The position numbers and the translations under genes are program-made. Under the pieces are notes generated by a model. It was not told the origin of the DNA. It searched no databases and saw only the letters and a program-made list of their open reading frames with translations. This document shows, one piece after another, positions 58,105 to 64,000 of a stretch of DNA of 64,000 nucleotides (position 1 is the stretch's first letter; each line of letters opens with the position of its first letter). Where the stretch lies: assembly GCF_009914755.1 (NCBI RefSeq), contig NC_060932.1; one strand, written 5' to 3'. This stretch comes from the human T2T-CHM13v2.0 reference genome, Homo sapiens.

Positions 58105-59211
58105 TAGTCAGCCCTTGATTACAGTGGGTTCCCCATCTGCAAATTCAACCAACCTCAGATTCGAAATATTAGAAAAGATAACACAGCAATAAAATATAAT
58201 ACAAATATAAAATATTGCAGAATAACAACTATTTACATAGCATTCACATGGTATTACATATTATAAGTGTCAATGAAAACAGTCAAATTCTGTAAAATAT
58301 TTAAAGAGATTTATTCTGGGCCAAATACGAGTGACCACGGCCTATGTCACAGCTCTCAGGAGGACCGAGAACATGTGCCCAAAATGGTTGGGGTACAGCT
58401 TGGTTTTATACATTTTAGGGAGGCAAGAGACATCAATCAAATACATTTAAGGAATGCACTGGTTAGTTCCAGAAAGGTGAGGTAATTTGAAACACAGGGT
58501 AGACAATGAGGGTACGGGGGTTCCAGGGTATAGGTAAATTTAAACATTCTCTGGTTGACAATTGGTTGAGTTCTGTCTAAGGACCTGAGATCAATAGAAA
58601 GAAAATGTTCAGGTTAAAATAAAAGACTTTGGAGACCATGATTCTTTTGAAGTCTCATAGCAGCTGCACTTAGAAACACTAGATGACAAATGTTTCCTAT
58701 TCAGACTTTTAAAAGTGCTAGACTCTCAGTTATCTATTCAGAATTAGAGGGGCCTGGAAGGAAAAGGTCTAGCTATGTTAATAGGGATTCTTTACATGTG
58801 CAAATTTTCCCCCATAAAGGATGGCTTGCAGGGCCATTTCAAAATATGACAAAGAAACACACATTTGGGGTAAATATTTTGCTTTTCTTCCTTGTCTCGT
58901 AGTGTTACGCTGGAGTCAGTTTGGAAAGTAAGTCATGATATATAAGTTACATAAAACTCATCTGATGAGAATTTACGGTTTGTAGGGCATGACTCCCTAG
59001 ACCTCTTAGATAGGAATTTGGGCAAGATTAAAAAAAAAAAAAAGGAGTTTAGTCTTCATAAATAATTGAGCGATGATTTAAAGTATATGGAAAGACGTGT
59101 AAATTATATGGAAATTCTATGCCATTTTATATAACGAATGAACATCCATGGATTTTGGGCTCCGCTGAGGTCCTGAAACCAATTTCTCACAGACAGTAAG
59201 GAACAACTGTA
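58105..59211. mobile_element. MER2 (Tigger) DNA transposon split by an LTR: 58105-58267 and 59059-59211
   Basis: gtgggttcc...aattcaaccaacc...aactatttacatagcatt on the left; gatttaaagtatatgg...tatgccattttatataa...catccatggattttgg...caactgta on the right. Confidence 0.85.
58268..59058 (-). mobile_element. MER4-family (MER4D/E-like) ERV1 solo LTR
   Basis: tgtcaatgaaaa...aagagatttattctg...gagaacatgtgcccaa...cagcttggttttatacattttaggg...ttagtcttca. Flanks taag/taaa. Confidence 0.88.
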
Positions 59212-59982
59212 TACATGATTCCAAATGCCATTTTCACTTAAGGAACATATTTATAAAGCAATTTTGTAATCTTTACAGTTAAAATATCCATTTTCTTTTA
59301 TAAAGTCAAATGGTTTATAGGTTGAGAAAAAATTCCAAGTTTAACTGACAGTGGAATATTTTCAAAGCAGCAGTCCATTAACTGCCCAATCTCACTGACT
59401 TCATATACTTCACTATTATGAGAGTGATGAGCTTATGCCTAATTATGGAAAGGCCATGGCCTAATGCTGCTTTCAAATTCTTCTCTAGAATTACTTTCTT
59501 CTTCTTTTTCAAAAATGTCTTCTTCCTGGAATTTAGAATTTACTGCCTAGAGACAATATATCCTTTTCCATTTAAAAATGTAAAGAATAGGTAATTATAT
59601 TAAATGAACTTTCTTTGCCAAAGACATAAATAGCCCAAGGATAACATTTCTTAAGCTATTTTCAGCTTTTGAATTATTGGAAATTTCTGTGGTACTGCAG
59701 ATTGCAACTTGAACTGCTTGCCATAAATCTTCACAAAGAAAGTGTTTGTCTTTGTTCAGCTGACAGTTGGATGAATATGAAAGAGAAAACACAATTATAT
59801 TTTGCAAATTCAAGGGAGGGATAGCTTGACAAAACATCTTATGTTAGACTAGATTATGTAGAAGTACTTATTTGTATATCAAATACTAATAACAACTGGC
59901 TTTGGTAAAGTTAGATAAATAATACCTGTGTATTAAGCTTTCTGCCATGGAGGCAGGCTAAACTGCCTAGACCTTACTGGAT

Positions 59983-60571
59983 TGTGGATAAAAATAAATA
60001 GTCAACATCTTCTCAGGATTTTTTTTTTTTAACGTTTCTATATACATTATGACCAGAGGGCCTTAATGTTCACTCTGCTTGACTATACCATAGAGGGGCT
60101 TCTTCCTGTCTATAGCCTCCTGATCTCCTTTCTCTTAGACCATTTACTTTAGAACACTTGCAAGTACACATTCTTTCTTTGGCTCTTTGAAGTATGTCTC
60201 CTCCAGGATTTGCCAGTTTTACAACCCAGAAATGTCTTTCTCAAAAATCCAGGAACCATTTCTTTGAAATGTAATCATCTAAGGAGATAGTGTCCTGCTC
60301 TCTCAGTCTCTGTGGAAGGGTAGAAGTCCATAAAGGACAATTAGTAAATAGTGATGGCCTAATCCCATTGACCAACCTGCCCTTAAGGTCCTCCAGTAAT
60401 TTTCCATTAACTCATTCCAGGGATTAAAACTCTGCCAGGCTTGAAAAACACAAAAACATCCACCCTTTTGTTTCAGAGAAATTATGCTCAATGTCTCTAC
60501 CCTATTGCTATAGACTTGAATAAAGTCCTCTTTACTTGTTTAATTCTGGCCAGTGCGGTTTTTTTCTGGCA
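59983..60571 (+). mobile_element. ERV1 MER31/MER34-group solo LTR
   Basis: ttcactctgcttgact...catttactttagaa...tctttgaaatgtaatcatc...ttgaataaagtcctc...ttttctggca. Confidence 0.65.
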
Positions 60572-61514
60572 ATTGAAAAAGTTGTGCTATTTTAACTTCA
60601 GTAAATGCCTCCATAGCAATAAGATTGATTATGTAAACCAGCATGATCTCTTGCCTTTTGCATTCTCTCTTCCATATTAAGTGATATATTGTCTAATTAT
60701 TTTTTAATTGATTTGCTTTTCAACTGCATATCTATCAAAAACCTAGTCTATAGTTCAAAATTTTATTTTAGATATTTTTAATCCATGAAAAATACAAATA
60801 CAGTTACTGCTTTGGGGAATGCAAAGTGCCCATTATGTGGATACAGAGAAAAACCCGAAGGAAACGTCGTGTGCTAACCTGTGTTCAGGAAGTGCAAAAT
60901 TAGAGCTTCACCCAAATGTGCTGTGTGCCACTATGCTGCCAGAAGTCACACTGATAGTTGAAACTGGATGCCAGCCCTGAGAACAAACATATACTTGGCT
61001 GATTTGAATTTTGGAATTTCTTACAGGCCCTCAGCTCACCTGTTAGCTGAAAGTGCTAATGAACAGTAAAACAAACAAACAAACAACAACAACAAAAAAC
61101 TAAAATGCAAGCATCAAGATGAGAAACAAAGTAAGAAATGAGGAAAAAATGATTTTCAAATAATAGAAGTTCACTGCATTTAAAGAGAAGGAAAAAAGTA
61201 AAAATAAAACGTAATTTTGAATTTTACACAAATTTATTTTACTTGTCTTTTTCTTACACAAATATGTATTTTTTTTTAGTTAAATAGAATACTGTCATTA
61301 ATGATTTTAAAAGGTAAAACAGATTGAATTAGTTTATTTGAGGAAAGAAAATATCTGGGGATTTCACTACAAATATCACTTTCGTTTGTTGAATTGGAAA
61401 ATCCATAATTTAATTGGCTACAAAGTCTGACTTCCATGTGAGCACTCAATATATATTTTACAGTATTATTTCTGTTCACATTATCATTATTAATTACAGC
61501 ATTGAGTTGTTAAG

Positions 61515-61605
61515 AAAACAGAACCTAAGTTTGAGATCTGGCTCCAGTAACTTGCTTGGGCAAGTTGCATAACCTCCTGGCTTCACTTTCCTCATCTTTA
61601 AAAAC
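61515..61605 (+). mobile_element. MIR fragment
   Basis: ttgggcaagttgcataacctc...cttcactttcctcatctttaaaa resembles the MIR core. Confidence 0.65.
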
Positions 61606-63873
61606 ATGTGCTCCTTTTCCATCTTTATATCCTGTGTAAAAATAGCAGTGAACCCTTTAGCTGTGAATGGAGTTAAACATTTAAAATTTTTAAAAGAAAA
61701 CCTACTATTAAAGCCTTCTAAAATGTATTTTTTTTTTTTTTTTTACTTTAGCGGGTAAGCTTTAACATGTTTCATCAATTCCTCGGCCACTCCCTTTACA
61801 CCTTGGTGTGTCACTAAGGCCCCTTGTAAAAGCTGAGTTGTCCTGAGATACAAGAATTATCCTTCTTCTCTCTACTATAAATAGTAGTCTAAATTCTTAC
61901 ATAACATTACAGAGCAGAGTCAAAGAGAGAAAGAGAAACAGGGAGAATGAAATAGAGAAAAATCACATTTAAAATATTTTTTCTAGTTAAAATTTAGGGG
62001 AATGTTCACTATAATCTAATGTTTCCATCTAATGGAAAACAAGAAACATCAGAATTCACACACAGAGAGACAGAAACACACACACACACACACACCCCTG
62101 TACACATACACAGTCCCTTAAAAAATAAAATAGAAAAAGGAGTAATTTTAGTATAAGATACATATGACAATTTGAGATGTAGGACAGGAATTCTTTGATA
62201 TTTTAAAGGCAGGGCTTTTTTAGAGAATGGAGGAAAGAAACAGGTCAACTGTGTTTCATGCATTAAACACATTTTAACGATTTGAAGCTGAGCTCTTCAG
62301 GATTGAATGCTATTATGATTTATGTTCTAAGGTTGGAAAATTATTGCCTAAATGCAGCAAGAATATTGAAAAAGAAAAGAAATGCTAGAAAAATAAAATG
62401 TAAAATATATAAATAGCAGAGTGGTAAATTTATATGTATTGACTATATCTAGCCTTAAGCTTAAAAAAAAAAACTAAAAAAGTAATGTTTTATAATCCAC
62501 ATCTTTGCCCTGACAAATATGAATGCTAAATCAATTTTTTATTAATATTATTGACTTTCAGGGTTCATATGAGATGAAGCACTTTCAATAAATGTCAAAT
62601 AAGTGTTATTTTAATGTATGTTCAAGTAAGTCAAATAAATGATACTATTCCACTTTGACCTTCTAGGGATCGAAATTACTATAAAGATGTTCCACATGTA
62701 AAAAATTATGTCTAATTTACAGCTAACATTTCTGTGGTGGAAATGGGTATAAAAGCAAAGGAACTTACAACTAGGACACAGTAGTCCACCAGTGTCCAAG
62801 TCAATTTGGTTAGGAATAAATGGTTGGAGTCTTCATAGTTAAAACCTTCCTTGCAATATCTTTGCTGTAAATGCTTTTAATAACTTCTAACACTCTTGTT
62901 AGAGACACCTACATGGGAGGATAAATCCAACAAAGTCCACTCTTTAAAAATTAAATAAATCAACAAATAGGACAAATGGGTGAGAAATAGTAGGCTATGT
63001 AAATAATTCTAGTGAGAGACATTGCACATCTCTAAGCATATTTTTTAATTAATAAATAATTTTAAGATCTATTTTAAACAGTTCATGGGAAAGTTTTATA
63101 TGCAATCTCTTACAGAAAAATCATAAGAATAGTAGTTTACCGTACATATTAAGAGTTTATTCACTTAGACAACTCCAAGAGGTTCTCCTTGTTGCTCAGA
63201 GATGGTTGCATTGACAGAATACTTGTAACATTATCAGTTTTCTCTTGTGCCTTGCTCCAGTTCTTTACAATATCTAAAACCATGAATTCGGAGATTGATA
63301 GGGCTAATAAGGACTTTATAGATCAATTAGTCCAACCAGTTCAGGCTACAGTTAGAACAGTAATATGGAGAGATTTAGCCCCAAAGTAATATAGTTTTGG
63401 GAAAATGTAAAAAAAAAAATGAAAATAAACTAACCAGGTATCTGGCCAACTATTCTAGTGATATCAAGATATCACTAATTCTCTAGTGATTTTAAGATAA
63501 CCTCCATATCTATGCATTTATCATTGGAAGCTTTGGCATTGCTGAAAGGAAGAAACTGGTGAAATAAAAAGTTGTTGAAAGCAGTCAAACAGTAATTCCA
63601 CCACTTCCAGGGAAGGTTGATGATAATTAAATGCTAAGCTTAATGAGATATTAAATATTAAAGCTAAGCTTAGTGAGAAATTGACATGTTATTAATAGGA
63701 TGCTTAAGTCAGTTTAGAGGTTTTTACTACAAAGAAAACAATACAATTACACAATTAAGAAAAATAAGAATAAACATTCTATAAGACTAGTTTCCTAGTG
63801 TAAATAGTTTTAAAGAGCTAATTCTTACTATTTATAGGAGGGTTAAATAAGGTCAATTCAAAGCACAAAAACT

Positions 63874-64000
63874 GGCCAGGTGCAGTGGTTCTTACCTGTA
63901 ATTCCAGCACTTTGGGAGGCTGAGGCAGGAGGATCACCTGAGCCTGGGAATTGGAAACCAGCCTGGGCAACTACAAAAAAATTAAAAATTAGCCAGGCAT
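63874..64000 (+). mobile_element. Alu (J-like) left arm, cut by the window end
   Basis: ggccaggtgcagtggttcttacctgtaattccagcactttgggaggctgaggcaggaggatcacctgagcc. Confidence 0.93.

Noticed and set aside
61033-61100. Minus-strand micro-exon (CAG|gtgagc after a GTTT repeat)
   Set aside because: Would be only 7-16 nt, and the pyrimidine tract is a simple repeat. Not supportable from sequence alone.
63189-63389. 66 aa plus-strand ORF
   Set aside because: Non-ATG start and no homology I recognise. Splice-like signals favour the opposite strand if anything.

Overview
This is AT-rich, gene-poor primate (human-like) genomic DNA, not prokaryotic. I can support no intact protein-coding gene, RNA gene or CRISPR array. 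The ORFs with recognisable protein similarity are decayed L1 ORF2 or HERV-H gag/pro/pol pieces; the rest are chance ORFs, many inside repeats. The main elements are a near-complete env-deleted HERV-H provirus (50286-56505, minus strand, LTR7 pair, His PBS, TGGCC TSD) inserted into an L1PB, a 5'-inverted (twin-primed) L1PA (39264-43385), a two-LTR THE1D element (11519-13511), and many solo LTRs, Alus, L2/MIR and DNA transposons. I did not find a convincing new biological system. The most unusual signal is a cluster of locally templated insertions: an ~80 bp direct copy inside an AluJ, an ~190 bp inverted copy whose donor lies next to a perfect hairpin, and iterated micro-insertions inside L1s. 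Also notable are two Alus stacked at one endonuclease site and candidate minus-strand exons near 59.6-63.3 kb. Repeat subfamily names come from remembered consensus sequences, and most boundaries are approximate.
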